Source: Alphaproteobacteria bacterium (GTDB lineage: Bacteria; Pseudomonadota; Alphaproteobacteria; UBA828). Taken from it: a stretch of DNA of 64,000 bases. The notes under the pieces are model-generated. The model was not told where the DNA came from. It saw nothing but the letters and a program-made list of their open reading frames with translations, and did no database searches. The translations under genes were made by a program, and so were the position numbers. Location: contig CBDCCI010000002.1 in the NCBI GenBank assembly GCA_965214705.1, forward strand, positions 608,001-672,000, written 5' to 3'. Every line of letters begins with the position of its first letter. Position 1 is the stretch's first letter. Positions 28,992 to 38,661 of this stretch are shown piece by piece.

Positions 28992-30111
28992 TGAGGAAAT
29001 CCCTGAGAATCGTTTGACGCTCCCTTATCGCAGTGGCTGTATTGGGCCGTCCTGTGATTATCTCATAAACATATTCGTCTTCAAGCATTTTCAGTAGGTC
29101 GGAGTGAAGATTAGCTCGCTGTAACAGCAATCGCTCCCTGCTATCAAAATGTCGGTCCAACGCCACCATTGTCGCATCGTATAACGGTATTGACAGCTTG
29201 CCGGAGTTGTCCTCTTGCGGTATACGGAATGTACGTTTCCCGAACAACTCTCTCGCCAAATCTAGACGCGTCAAAAACAGTTTTCGAAAATCTGCCACTT
29301 GGTCTTCAGTGATTGAGCGATACTCTTTCATGCAGTTATCAAGGATTCGTTTTACTGCCCCGTGGAGCTTGGACGACCTTCGAAACGCGAAAAAACGCAA
29401 AACCAGTTCACAATCCGTCATTCTCTTGAAGTAGCGGTTCTCGCGTAGTACGACGTTGACTTGGCCGCTTCGAATATTGTCGTCGTATGGGGGTATATCC
29501 CAAACCTCATTGAACGAGCGTGTTCCAGCAAGCTCCACTAATAGGTCATTAAATGGTCCGGAGTAAATGCAATTTCTCAGTTCCTGCGCATTAAGGTTTT
29601 GACCACCTGTATTCAATCGGTCAAAGACGGTGTGGCGTACATCGCTGACCGAGGATAGTTTGCCGCCACTTTCAGCCAACAAAACCACCGCGGAGAGTCG
29701 GCGACGATCTATGCCGCGTTGAATCTTGGGAGGACAATCGTCGTAGTTTCTGCCGTTCAATACACTCCAAGTTTTCAGCCCTCTCAATTTAAACCTGTTG
29801 CTGTAAAAGTCTACTATGGTGTTAAGTCGCTGCTGACCATCCATAGTCTCGTATCGGCTGAGGTCATATTCGAAAAGAAATACTGGAGGAATGGGAACAT
29901 TCATCAAAAGCGATTCGATGAGTAGAGATTTTTTCTTCACGTCCCACACAAGGCGACGTTGGTACTCAGGGTGAAGGTTAATCCAGCGGTTAGTTTTAAT
30001 GAAATCTACAATTTGCGGCAACAGAAAGTCGTTTCGTTCTTGGTGAAGGCGGTATTCACCGGCGTCATAAAGATCTTCTATTTCTCGATCGGTTAGAGAA
30101 GACCGTGACAT
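28978..30111 (-). CDS. DUF262 (ParB/Srx-like, GmrS N-terminal) protein
   Basis: PEYQRRLVW, LIESLLMNVPIP, DGQQRL, FDRLNTGG, ELRNCIY. Confidence 0.9.
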   Translation of the reverse strand: MSRSSLTDREIEDLYDAGEYRLHQERNDFLLPQIVDFIKTNRWINLHPEYQRRLVWDVKKKSLLIESLLMNVPIPPVFLFEYDLSRYETMDGQQRLNTIVDFYSNRFKLRGLKTWSVLNGRNYDDCPPKIQRGIDRRRLSAVVLLAESGGKLSSVSDVRHTVFDRLNTGGQNLNAQELRNCIYSGPFNDLLVELAGTRSFNEVWDIPPYDDNIRSGQVNVVLRENRYFKRMTDCELVLRFFAFRRSSKLHGAVKRILDNCMKEYRSITEDQVADFRKLFLTRLDLARELFGKRTFRIPQEDNSGKLSIPLYDATMVALDRHFDSRERLLLQRANLHSDLLKMLEDEYVYEIITGRPNTATAIRERQTILRDFLNAYI

Positions 30112-30253
30112 TTCAAAAAACTCCTGCAGGTCTAGGTGTGTAGTGAGGTGGTTGCGTCTTTAGGCTGGCAGGTCAGGATTTAGCTGCTCAGGGTTAGGCG
30201 CAGGACAGAAGTCTGAGTTGGTAGAATGCAAGGCTCTAGGCGCGCCATGGTCT

Positions 30254-31042
30254 CTACTCCCGATACCCCGCGTCCGTCTGATCCAGCATTCGCATGTAGG
30301 CCTGGAACTCCAGCGCGCCGATGTCGCCCACGTGAGTGGAGAAGTCGTCGATCTCGCGCAGGGACTTTTCGCACACCTCTTCCGCCACATGCACCAGGCT
30401 TGAGTTCATCGCGAGCGCGTCCACCTGCGTCTTGCACGCGGTCTCCAGCCGATGCAGGTAGAGGAAGGCCTCGGGGATCGTCCGCCCCACCGTCACCAGG
30501 CCGTGGTTGCGCAGGATGAGCGCGCGGTGCCGGCCGAGGTCGCGCACCAGCCGCGCCTTCTCGTCCTCGCTCACGATCGCACCTTCGTATTCGTGATAGC
30601 CCACCATGCCGTGGAAGAGCGTCGCATCCAGGCTGATCGGCAGCAGCCCGCATTCCAGCGCCGCCACCGCCATGCCCGCCGGCGAGTGCGTGTGCATGAC
30701 GCAGTGCGCGTCCGGCGCGCCGGCGTGGATCGCGCCGTGGATGGCGTAGCCGGCCGCGTTCACCGACCACTCGCTCTCGCCCACGATCTCGCCCTCCAGC
30801 GTGATCTTGACTAGGTTGGACGCCGTCACCTCGCCGTAGCGCAGCCCGTAGGGGTTGATGAGGAAGTGCCGCTCCGGCCCCGGCACGCGCACGGTGAGGT
30901 GGCCGTAGATCGACTCGTTCCAGCCGAAATGCTCGACCAGCCGGTAGGCGGCGGCGAGCTGCGTGCGCAGCTCGGCCTCGCTCTGCACGAGCTGGATGGT
31001 CTAGAACTTCGCCGTGGCAGCCTCGGCTGTGGATGTGCTCAT
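30254..31042 (-). CDS. class II aldolase/adducin family protein; in-frame TAG at 31001-31003 (open frame 30254-30988)
   Basis: GHLTVRVP, FLINPYG, IHGAIH, MHTHS, LRNHG. A strong RBS sits before ATG 31042, which is followed by a stop at codon 14. Confidence 0.85.
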
Positions 31043-31077
31043 CGCTCTCTCCTCCTCACAGGCCCCGTCTCGCGTGA

Positions 31078-31186
31078 CCCCTCCTCACCCCGACCCTCTC
31101 CTCCCCAGGGAGGAGAGGGGGCGTAAACCGGCGCCGTCTGCGTCCCCCCTCCGCCCCCTGGGGGGAGGGGGTCAGGGGGAGGTGGG
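31078..31186. repeat. intergenic GC-rich double-hairpin repeat (REP/RIME-like)
   Basis: ccctctcctccc..ggaggagaggg and ccccctcc..ggaggggg hairpins between co-oriented genes. Confidence 0.65.
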
Positions 31187-31205
31187 TTCCCGCGCCCCGT
31201 CAGAC

Positions 31206-31991
31206 CTACCCCTCGAAGTGTACCTCGGCCTGGCCGATGGGGCCGAACTCGGCGGTCACCGTGTCGCCCGGCTGGCACTGCACCACGTCCGCAGCGCTGC
31301 CGGTGGTGACCACGTGGCCGGCCTCCAGCGTGAGCCCGCGCGCGCTCAGGTGGTTCGCGAGCCAGACCATGACGTTCCACGGGTCGCCCAGCACGTTCGC
31401 GCCCGCGCCCTCGCTCACCACCTCGCCGTTGATGCGAACGATCACCGGCTGGCCCGCGAGGTCGTGGTCGAGCCCGCCCTCCGCCTCCGGCCCGAGGCAG
31501 AGCATGCAGCCGATGGCGTTGTCTCCGATCAGGTCCGGCGCCTTCATGGAGAGCCAGTCCGCGTAGCGGGAATCCGGCACCTCAATGGCGGGGTGCACGC
31601 TGGCGACCGCCGCCCGCACCTCGTCCCGCGTGTAGGGCGCGGCGCGCGGAGCGAGCGCTTGGCCCATGACGAAGTCGAACTCCGCCTCGATCGCGTAGAA
31701 GTTCACCGTGTTCGCGGGCACGGTGAGCGGGCTCCCGCCCACGTGGTCCGCAAAGAGGCGGCCGGAGAACGGCGCGTCCACGCCGAAGCGCGCCTGCACC
31801 TGCGCGTTCGTGGCGCCAATCTTGTAGCCCGCGAGTGCCAGGCCCGCGCTTTCGGCGAGCCCGTCCTGCACTGCGTAAGCCTCATCCAGCGTCTCGGGCC
31901 GGCAGTCCGCCGGCAGCGCGTCCATCTGCGTGCGTTCTTGCCACGCCTCCCACAGGAGCGCGCCCCCTCGTGTTGCCGCCTCTCGGTCCAT
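31206..31991 (-). CDS. 2-keto-4-pentenoate hydratase-like (FAH family) protein
   Basis: AYAVQ, GYKIGAT, IEAEF, AIEVPDSR, VLGDP, VVTTGS. Confidence 0.88.
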   Translation of the reverse strand: MDREAATRGGALLWEAWQERTQMDALPADCRPETLDEAYAVQDGLAESAGLALAGYKIGATNAQVQARFGVDAPFSGRLFADHVGGSPLTVPANTVNFYAIEAEFDFVMGQALAPRAAPYTRDEVRAAVASVHPAIEVPDSRYADWLSMKAPDLIGDNAIGCMLCLGPEAEGGLDHDLAGQPVIVRINGEVVSEGAGANVLGDPWNVMVWLANHLSARGLTLEAGHVVTTGSAADVVQCQPGDTVTAEFGPIGQAEVHFEG

Positions 31992-32020
31992 TCCCGCTCT
32001 CCTTGCCGCGTTACCTATTG

Positions 32021-32770
32021 TTACTCCGCCGCGCGCTGCGTACCGCCAACCTCCATCAGGTCCACGAAATTCCGGAAGAGCCGGCTGCCGTTGGCGCGCA
32101 GCGTCTCCTCCTTGGCAGCCGCGTCCGCCACCATCCGCGCGAAGGCGCCCGCGCCCTGATCCCGCTCCAGCGCGGCGATGTATTCCGGGAAGGCCTCCGT
32201 CGCCTGCACCAGCGCGGCATCCACCTCCATGTGGAACTGCACGCCGTAGGCGCGGGGCGCGAGCCGATAGGCCTGAACCGCGCAGGCCTCGGAGGTGGCG
32301 AGCAGCACCGCTTGCGCGGGCATCGCGGTGACGGCGTTCAGGTGCCACTGCATGGTGAGCGGGGTCGCCGGCAACCCGGCGAAGAGGGGGTCGGCGCGGC
32401 CCGCCTCGGTCAGCGCGAAGTCGACGATGCCGACCTCGGCCTCCGCCAGTGGCGCCACGGTGCCGCCGTGGGCGTCCGCCAGAAGCTGGCAGCCGAGGCA
32501 GACCCCCAGCACCGGCATGCCCTCCGCCACGGCGTCGCGCAGCAGCGCCTTCTCGGTGCCGAGCCAGGGATGAAGGTGCTCCTCGTCCGCCTGCTGCGGC
32601 CCGCCCATGGCGAGCACGGCGTCGTAGTCCTCAAGCGGCGGGAAGGGCTCGCCCTGCCAGGGGTCGCAGGCACGCCATTCGATGCCCGCCTGCTCCATGA
32701 CCTCGCCGAAGAAGCCGGGCTGGTCGATCTCCGAATGCCGGATGACCAGCACCCGGCGTGCCGCCGTCAT
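32021..32770 (-). CDS. type 1 glutamine amidotransferase
   Basis: MGGPQ, LGVCLGCQL, QWH, GVQFHME. Confidence 0.9.
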   Translation of the reverse strand: MTAARRVLVIRHSEIDQPGFFGEVMEQAGIEWRACDPWQGEPFPPLEDYDAVLAMGGPQQADEEHLHPWLGTEKALLRDAVAEGMPVLGVCLGCQLLADAHGGTVAPLAEAEVGIVDFALTEAGRADPLFAGLPATPLTMQWHLNAVTAMPAQAVLLATSEACAVQAYRLAPRAYGVQFHMEVDAALVQATEAFPEYIAALERDQGAGAFARMVADAAAKEETLRANGSRLFRNFVDLMEVGGTQRAAE

Positions 32771-32773
32771 GCC

Positions 32774-33916
32774 CTACCAGAGCCGGTCGGAGGCTATGGC
32801 AGCGCCCTCGGCGAGCGCGCCCAGCTTGGCGTAGACGATCTCCGAATCCACCCGGCCGAAGCCCGCGAAGGTGCCGAAGCCGCAGTCGCCCCCCGCCAGC
32901 ACGCGCTCGCGGCCCACGATGTCGGCGAAGCGGCAGATGCGCTCCGCCACCAGCGCCGGGTGCTCGACGAAGTTCGAGACCGAATCGATCACGCCGGGGA
33001 TCAGCACCTTGTCCTCCGGCAGGCCGCGCTCCTGGAACACGGACCACTCGTGGGCGTGGCGCGGGTTCGCCGCCTCAAATGAAATTGCCTGCGGCTTTGC
33101 CTTCATCACCGTGTCGTAGATCGCGTCCAGCGCGATGTCGCAGACGTGGGGTCCCTCGTAGTTGCCCCAGCAGAGGTGGAGCCGCGCGGCCTCGGCGGGC
33201 ACGTTCTCCAGCGAAGCATTCAGCACCTCGATGTTGCGCTCGGCCACGGCGACGAACTCCGCGTCGCTCTTGTCCTTGTGGATGCTGTGCCGGGTCATGG
33301 CGAGGTCGGGGCAGTCGAGCTGGATCACCAGGCCCGCCGCGTGGATCGCCTCGTACTCAGGTCTCATCATCTCGCAGAGCACGTCGAGGTAGGCGTCCTC
33401 GCTCGGGTAGTACTGGTTGGGCTGGAAGAACGCGATGACGCCGGGCGAGGCCGCGTTCATGAAGCCCTCGACCGCGCCGGCCGCGTCCAGCGCCGCCGCC
33501 ATGTTGGCGAGGTCCTTCCGGAGCGGCGCCTCGTCCTTGATGCTGATCTCGCCGACGCAGGGCGCGCGCCTCACCTGCGGCGCCTCGCCCATGGCGGCCA
33601 CGCGCTGCACGTAGGCCGGGAACATCTCCATGTCCCGCGGCATCTTGCGCTTGCTGTCACCCGCGAAGCCGTGCAGCCGCTCCGTGACGTAGGTGGAGTA
33701 GCCGCTCTTGCTCATCTCGCCGTCGGAGACGATGTCGACGCCTGCGTCCACCTGCCGGCGCACGACGTCCGCCACGGCGCTCACCATGCAGGCGTCGAAG
33801 GCGCCCTGGTCGGCCAGCGTCTCGTTCTCCTTGGCGAGCAGCATGTCGGAGACGTCCTGCGGCCTCGGCAGGGAGCCCACATGCGTGGTGAGAATGCGTT
33901 CGGTGCTGAGCTTCAT
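32774..33916 (-). CDS. cobalamin-independent methionine synthase II family (MetE C-terminal-like) protein
   Basis: ILTTHVGSLPRP, SDGE, HLCWGN, IPGVID, DCGF; GGAGG RBS. Confidence 0.9.
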   Translation of the reverse strand: MKLSTERILTTHVGSLPRPQDVSDMLLAKENETLADQGAFDACMVSAVADVVRRQVDAGVDIVSDGEMSKSGYSTYVTERLHGFAGDSKRKMPRDMEMFPAYVQRVAAMGEAPQVRRAPCVGEISIKDEAPLRKDLANMAAALDAAGAVEGFMNAASPGVIAFFQPNQYYPSEDAYLDVLCEMMRPEYEAIHAAGLVIQLDCPDLAMTRHSIHKDKSDAEFVAVAERNIEVLNASLENVPAEAARLHLCWGNYEGPHVCDIALDAIYDTVMKAKPQAISFEAANPRHAHEWSVFQERGLPEDKVLIPGVIDSVSNFVEHPALVAERICRFADIVGRERVLAGGDCGFGTFAGFGRVDSEIVYAKLGALAEGAAIASDRLW

Positions 33917-33986
33917 GCCGTCCTCCCTCCATCCCTGTAACGGGACGGCCAACACGCCGGGACTATACGCGCTCGCCGGGTTGGCT

Positions 33987-34143
33987 GCGACCACTCATGC
34001 CGTGGGTACATACGGTCGCCGGGACGCTTGACCGGCATCCGGGGCGGGCGGCGAAGTGATCGGGTCCGACCGCGTGCACGGCCGCAGCCTTGCCCGCGCA
34101 GGCCTCGCGCACGATGGGGCAGCATGTGCGGGACGCGCAACCG
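33987..34143. repeat. A+B repeat block; B is the 3' end of an oligopeptide ABC ATPase gene (minus strand)
   Basis: A (33987-34050) matches 37374-37438; B (~34046-34143, SGC..RT.C.IVREACAG...HAVG.DHFAA) matches 37252-37349. Confidence 0.75.
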
Positions 34144-34218
34144 GAGTGTGGGCAACTGGCTTCTGTACCAAGACTCGTTTCTCGTATAATGCCGTCGAAT
34201 CCGTTGGGGGGATTTGCG

Positions 34219-34968
34219 TTGGCTGACGCGAAGGACCTAGTCCTCAAGATCGAGGCCTACGCTCCGGAGACGATTCCGATGAGTCGTCTTGCGGAGTACA
34301 TGACTGACCTGGCCATGCTCCTCGGGGAGAAGGCTAGTGTTCATTTCGTGCGACTTGATCCTGGGAGTACCCAACTGGTTCACCGCATTGACCACGAAGC
34401 CGTGCCCAAGGTGGAAGAGCGTCTGCGCCAAGTGAAGACAGGAAGTGGTCCGAGCGAGGCTCAGCGCGCTGTCGCTGAAATTGACCGGCGGCTAGCTGCG
34501 GACAACGCGAGCGGGGTTCTGAAGGAAGAGTCCGGGGCCGAAATTATCCCGTTCCCCGGCATAAATCGCTTCGTCGAACCGGAGTATGGTCCGTTCAATG
34601 AGCCCGGTTCTATAGATGGCGTCATAATCCGGGTTGGGGGACAAAGACAGAAGGTTCCAGTGCATCTCGAAACCAGAACTGGTTTTGAGACTCATTGTGA
34701 AACTACACGTGAAATAGCGAAGGAGTTAGGAAAACTACTATATGGTCCAGAGGTGCGATGCATCGGTTCCGGTCGCTGGCACAGAGACGGCGAGGGCACC
34801 TGGGAAATGCTCAAATTCACGATTTCCGGATTTTCTATATTGGACGACCGACCGTTGGCAGAGGTAGTTGCCGAACTCCGGGCTGTCGAGGAAAGTGGGT
34901 GGAAAGAACTTGCCGATCCGTGGGCCGAGCTTTCTGAGCTTCGATCTGACAGTAAGGCTCCGCGTTAG
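34219..34968 (+). CDS. hypothetical protein upstream of PIN gene
   Basis: Long open frame with lower GC; stop overlaps the PIN start. Start codon uncertain. Confidence 0.75.
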   Translation: MADAKDLVLKIEAYAPETIPMSRLAEYMTDLAMLLGEKASVHFVRLDPGSTQLVHRIDHEAVPKVEERLRQVKTGSGPSEAQRAVAEIDRRLAADNASGVLKEESGAEIIPFPGINRFVEPEYGPFNEPGSIDGVIIRVGGQRQKVPVHLETRTGFETHCETTREIAKELGKLLYGPEVRCIGSGRWHRDGEGTWEMLKFTISGFSILDDRPLAEVVAELRAVEESGWKELADPWAELSELRSDSKAPR

Positions 34969-35525
34969 TGGTACTATTCGACGCTACCATCCTGTTGCTC
35001 TTGTTGGACCCTACTTTGCCGGCACCGACCGACGCGGCTACAGGAAAGGAGGTGACGGACGTAGGGCGACGAATCAACCATCTTGTAAGTTCTCTGCAAA
35101 AGGACCGAACAAAAATTATCATTCCAACACCCGCTCTTGCAGAGGTGCTTACTCAAGCAGAGCGGGCGGGCGCCGACTACTTTACGAAGTTGCACCGATC
35201 GGCAGCGTTCAGATTCGAGCCATTTGAGACCCGTGCCGCCATCGAATTGGCCCGGATGACGGCGCTGGCCATCGCCGGCGGAGACAAACGAGAAGGCCTC
35301 TCTGCTTCCTGGAACAAGGTCAAGTTCGACAGGCAAATTGTCGCCATCGCAAAAGTAACGAGGGTTTCAACGGTATATTCTGATGACGAAAACTTAGGGA
35401 AACTCGCCAAAGCTCAAGGGCTTGGCGTGACAACCATAGGGGAATTGCCCTTGCCTTCCGAAGATGCCCAGATGGCATTCGCTTGGGACGTGATGCATGA
35501 TGAGCAAGAGGCTGACGACGACTGA
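34968..35525 (+). CDS. PIN-domain protein
   Basis: VLFDATIL, IIPTPALAEVL, KFDRQIVAIA, VYSDDENL. Confidence 0.8.
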   Translation: MVLFDATILLLLLDPTLPAPTDAATGKEVTDVGRRINHLVSSLQKDRTKIIIPTPALAEVLTQAERAGADYFTKLHRSAAFRFEPFETRAAIELARMTALAIAGGDKREGLSASWNKVKFDRQIVAIAKVTRVSTVYSDDENLGKLAKAQGLGVTTIGELPLPSEDAQMAFAWDVMHDEQEADDD

Positions 35526-35640
35526 GGCGGTCAGTCAGAGACAACGCTTCCTCGAAACAGCCCACGTCGCTGGAAGTGTCAGACGTCACCCGAGCGTAGG
35601 CATAGGCCGTGCCAACGGGTGCTCAGATGGGTGTTAGCCT

Positions 35641-37142
35641 GAGCCACTTGCAAAATTCCGCATTTGAGCGGGATTTTGCCGCCGTGGCGGTCAGATTGTC
35701 CTGGAAATCGGGACCGCTCTCTGTTCCTGTCGGGTTTCGGACAACGTCGACGGAGAGGGCGGCCCCATGTCGCTGGGACAGACACTATCCGGATTCTGGC
35801 ATCACATTCAAGCGGATCTTTTCCCGTGGCTTGAGGAGGAGCTCGGGCCGCTCGGCGAGAGGTACCGGCGCTTCGTCACCGTGCTTGAGCTTGCGCGGGT
35901 CGAGAGCTTCCTTCCCCATTTCCATGGCCTGCCCGGTCGGCCGGTCGAGGATCGGGCGGCCTTGGCCCGCGCCTTCATCGCCAAGGCGGTGTTCGACGTA
36001 CCCACGACGCGCGCCCTGATCGAGCGCCTTGAGAACGACAAGACGCTACGCCGTCTCTGCGGCTGGACCTATGCCGCAGAGATCCCGAGCGAGGCGACGT
36101 TTTCGCGGGCGTTTGCGGAGTTCTCCGAGAGTGCGTTGCCCGCTCGCGTGCATGAGGCGCTGATCAAGCAGACCCTCGGAGACCATCTGGTCGGGCACGT
36201 CTCGCGCGACTCGACGGCGATCGAGGCGCGCGAGAAGCCTCAGCCCAAGCCCAAGGCGGAGAAGCCGAAGCGCAAGCGCGGCCGCCCGCGCAAGGGCGAG
36301 GAGCGGCCCAAGGAGGAGCGCCGCGTGAAACGCCAGCTCACGATGAGCTTGCCCCAGATGCTCGACGACCTGCCGAAAGCCTGCGACGTCGGCACCAAGC
36401 GCAACGCCAGGGGCCATACCACATCGTGGATCGGTTACAAGCTGCACATCGACGCCGCCGATGGCGGCATTCCGATCAGTTGCATCCTGACGTCCGCCTC
36501 GCTGCACGACAGCCAGGCCGCGATCCCGCTGGCGAGTATGACCGCCGACCGCGTCACCAATCTGTACGACCTCATGGACTCAGCCTATGACGCGCCCGAG
36601 ATCGGCTGGCACAGCTACCTGCTGGGCCACGTCCCGATCATCGACGTCAACCCTCGCGACAAGGAGTACAAGGAGGAGCTGGCGCGCGAGGCCAGGGCGC
36701 AGAGAGGCGTCGGTCACCGCCACCCGGCGGACGAGCGCTACAACGAGCGCTCGAACATCGAGCGCATCAACGGTGGGCTGAAGGACAACTGCGGGGGCCG
36801 CCATGTCCGCGTGCGCGGCCATGCCAAGGTTCATTGCCACCTGATGTTCGGCATCCTGGTGCTGACGGTCGACCAGCTGATGCGCCTCCTGGCCTGAGCG
36901 GCGCCTCCGTCGCTGTCACGCCGGCACGCCTCCCTCCGCGGAGGCGCAAAAAGCCATGTCCGCATCGCGACGGCGGGTCCAAAATGCGCCCGCATGGGCA
37001 TCGGTTTGCGGCGAATCGGCGCCCCGGCGGCAGCCAGCGACGTCCGCTCGTCCCGAAGTTCATGTTACGTTCCGACCGTCAATGTCCTCACGCCGGGCTC
37101 TCGGGAAAAGCAGACCGCGCCTGGGAGTTTTGCAAGTGGCTC
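35641..37142 (+). mobile_element. IS5/IS1182-like insertion sequence
   Basis: IR gagccacttgcaaaa / ttttgcaagtggctc; AGCCT duplicated at 35636-35640 and 37143-37147. Confidence 0.88.
35767..36897 (+). CDS. DDE transposase (IS5/IS1182-like)
   Basis: GRP, PSEATFSR, SRDSTAI, GYKLH, MDSAYD, RSNIERING.LK. Confidence 0.9.
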   Translation: MSLGQTLSGFWHHIQADLFPWLEEELGPLGERYRRFVTVLELARVESFLPHFHGLPGRPVEDRAALARAFIAKAVFDVPTTRALIERLENDKTLRRLCGWTYAAEIPSEATFSRAFAEFSESALPARVHEALIKQTLGDHLVGHVSRDSTAIEAREKPQPKPKAEKPKRKRGRPRKGEERPKEERRVKRQLTMSLPQMLDDLPKACDVGTKRNARGHTTSWIGYKLHIDAADGGIPISCILTSASLHDSQAAIPLASMTADRVTNLYDLMDSAYDAPEIGWHSYLLGHVPIIDVNPRDKEYKEELAREARAQRGVGHRHPADERYNERSNIERINGGLKDNCGGRHVRVRGHAKVHCHLMFGILVLTVDQLMRLLA

Positions 37143-37251
37143 AGCCTGTATGTTCATTTTACTTGGTCGCCAAACCATGATCACGCACTTCGGCTCTCAG
37201 TGGTGCAGACTATCTAATCTCCCTTGCTCCAAATAGCTCCCCGTAGGGGCA

Positions 37252-37438
37252 GGCGGCGAAGTGATCGCGGCCGACCGCGTGCATGGCCGGTGCCTCGCCA
37301 GCGCAGGCCTCGCGCACGATGGCGCAGCGCGTGCGGAACACGCAGCCAGATGGCGGCGCGAGCAGAGACGACAGCGACCACTCATGCCGGAGGCCGCATA
37401 TCGTCGCCGGGACGCTTGACCGGCATTCGGGGCGGGCG
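37252..37438. repeat. B'+A' repeat block (permuted copy of 33987-34143)
   Basis: PPSGCVFRTRCAIVREACAGEAPAMHAVGRDHFAACP on the minus strand, followed by the A block. Confidence 0.75.
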
Positions 37439-37476
37439 TAACCCATCGCCAGCAGACGGCGGGACTCAGGCGCATC

Positions 37477-38637
37477 ATGAACGAGCAGCAACAACCTCTC
37501 GCGGAGAGCGACGAGAAGGGCGCCTTCCGCTTCTACGACAACCGCCAGAAGTACCTGCTATTCGTCAACACCTGCAGCGAGAAGTGGGTGGTCTCCGAGC
37601 GCGCCGGGATGGAGCTCGGCCTGGTCCACCCGCGCCCGCCGGCGCTCCGGGTGTTCGATGCCGGCATGGGCGACGGCACCGTGCTCAGCGGGGTCATGCG
37701 GAACATGCACCGGCGCTACCCGACGATGCCGTTCTACGTTGTCGGCAAGGAAATCTCGGTGGAGGACGTGCGCCTCTGCCTCGAGAAGATGCCCGACCGG
37801 CTGTTCGAGCACCCGGCGACGGTGCTGGTGGTCACCAACATGCACTACTCGGAGGCGCCGTCGCTGCAGCCCCGCTCGATGCAGGCGGCGGCAACGCTGA
37901 ACTGGATCGAGACGCCGCTTGCGGGCAACACCTCCCACGAGTTCCACGAGCAGATCGCAGCGCTCCAGCCCACTCTGGCTGACACCTGGCGGGTGCGACC
38001 GAGCCCGAAGACCGGCAATCCCCTCTACGTCCGCGCGTCGGTGCTGGTACTCTACCGCGAGGACCACAAGTTCCTGCTCGACCCCGTGATCCCGCGCCCC
38101 GGCCGCGCCAGCGACGGCTACGACCTGGTTCTCGCCTCGCAGCCCTACCGGGCGCGCATGCCGGTCGACTTCAAGGTGAAGCGGGTTCTGGCCCCGCTCG
38201 CCCGCAGTCTGGCGCCGGGCGGCAGGCTGCTCTGTATCCAGTCCCACGGCGGCGATCCGGGGCTTGAGATCGTCCGCAAGATCTGGCCCGACGAGCAGCC
38301 CTTCCAGACCGACCGCCACGTGCTGCTCAAGGCGCTCAAGGAGGAGATCGGCAAGAGCCGGCGCGATCTCAGGTACAACGCCTATTCCGACAAGCGCGCG
38401 ATCTTCCGCTACGACATGCACACGCTGCCGACCGAGATCGAAGGCTCTAGCATCGGCACGTCCACGCTGTTCGCCGCCTGGAACGCGGCGATCTACGTCG
38501 CGCAGATCGAGGACGCGCGGCTCGAAGGCGTGGTCGCCGACGGCTCCTATCTGGATGCCACGCGCGAGACCCTCAGCGAATACGGCGGGCTCTGGTTCTA
38601 CGACGAATCCTTCGTGGTCTCACGCCGCCGCGATTGA
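37477..38637 (+). CDS. hypothetical protein with SAM-methyltransferase-like motifs
   Basis: RVFDAGMGDG, VGKEIS, YDLVLASQPY, SLAPGGRL; host-like codon use. Confidence 0.75.
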   Translation: MNEQQQPLAESDEKGAFRFYDNRQKYLLFVNTCSEKWVVSERAGMELGLVHPRPPALRVFDAGMGDGTVLSGVMRNMHRRYPTMPFYVVGKEISVEDVRLCLEKMPDRLFEHPATVLVVTNMHYSEAPSLQPRSMQAAATLNWIETPLAGNTSHEFHEQIAALQPTLADTWRVRPSPKTGNPLYVRASVLVLYREDHKFLLDPVIPRPGRASDGYDLVLASQPYRARMPVDFKVKRVLAPLARSLAPGGRLLCIQSHGGDPGLEIVRKIWPDEQPFQTDRHVLLKALKEEIGKSRRDLRYNAYSDKRAIFRYDMHTLPTEIEGSSIGTSTLFAAWNAAIYVAQIEDARLEGVVADGSYLDATRETLSEYGGLWFYDESFVVSRRRD

Positions 38638-38661
38638 AGGTGCGGCCGGCTCACATTCCGT

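Noticed and set aside
31001-31003. Pyrrolysine recoding of the in-frame TAG
   Set aside because: The position lies in an N-terminal tail ahead of the catalytic motifs, and no pyl genes are in the window.
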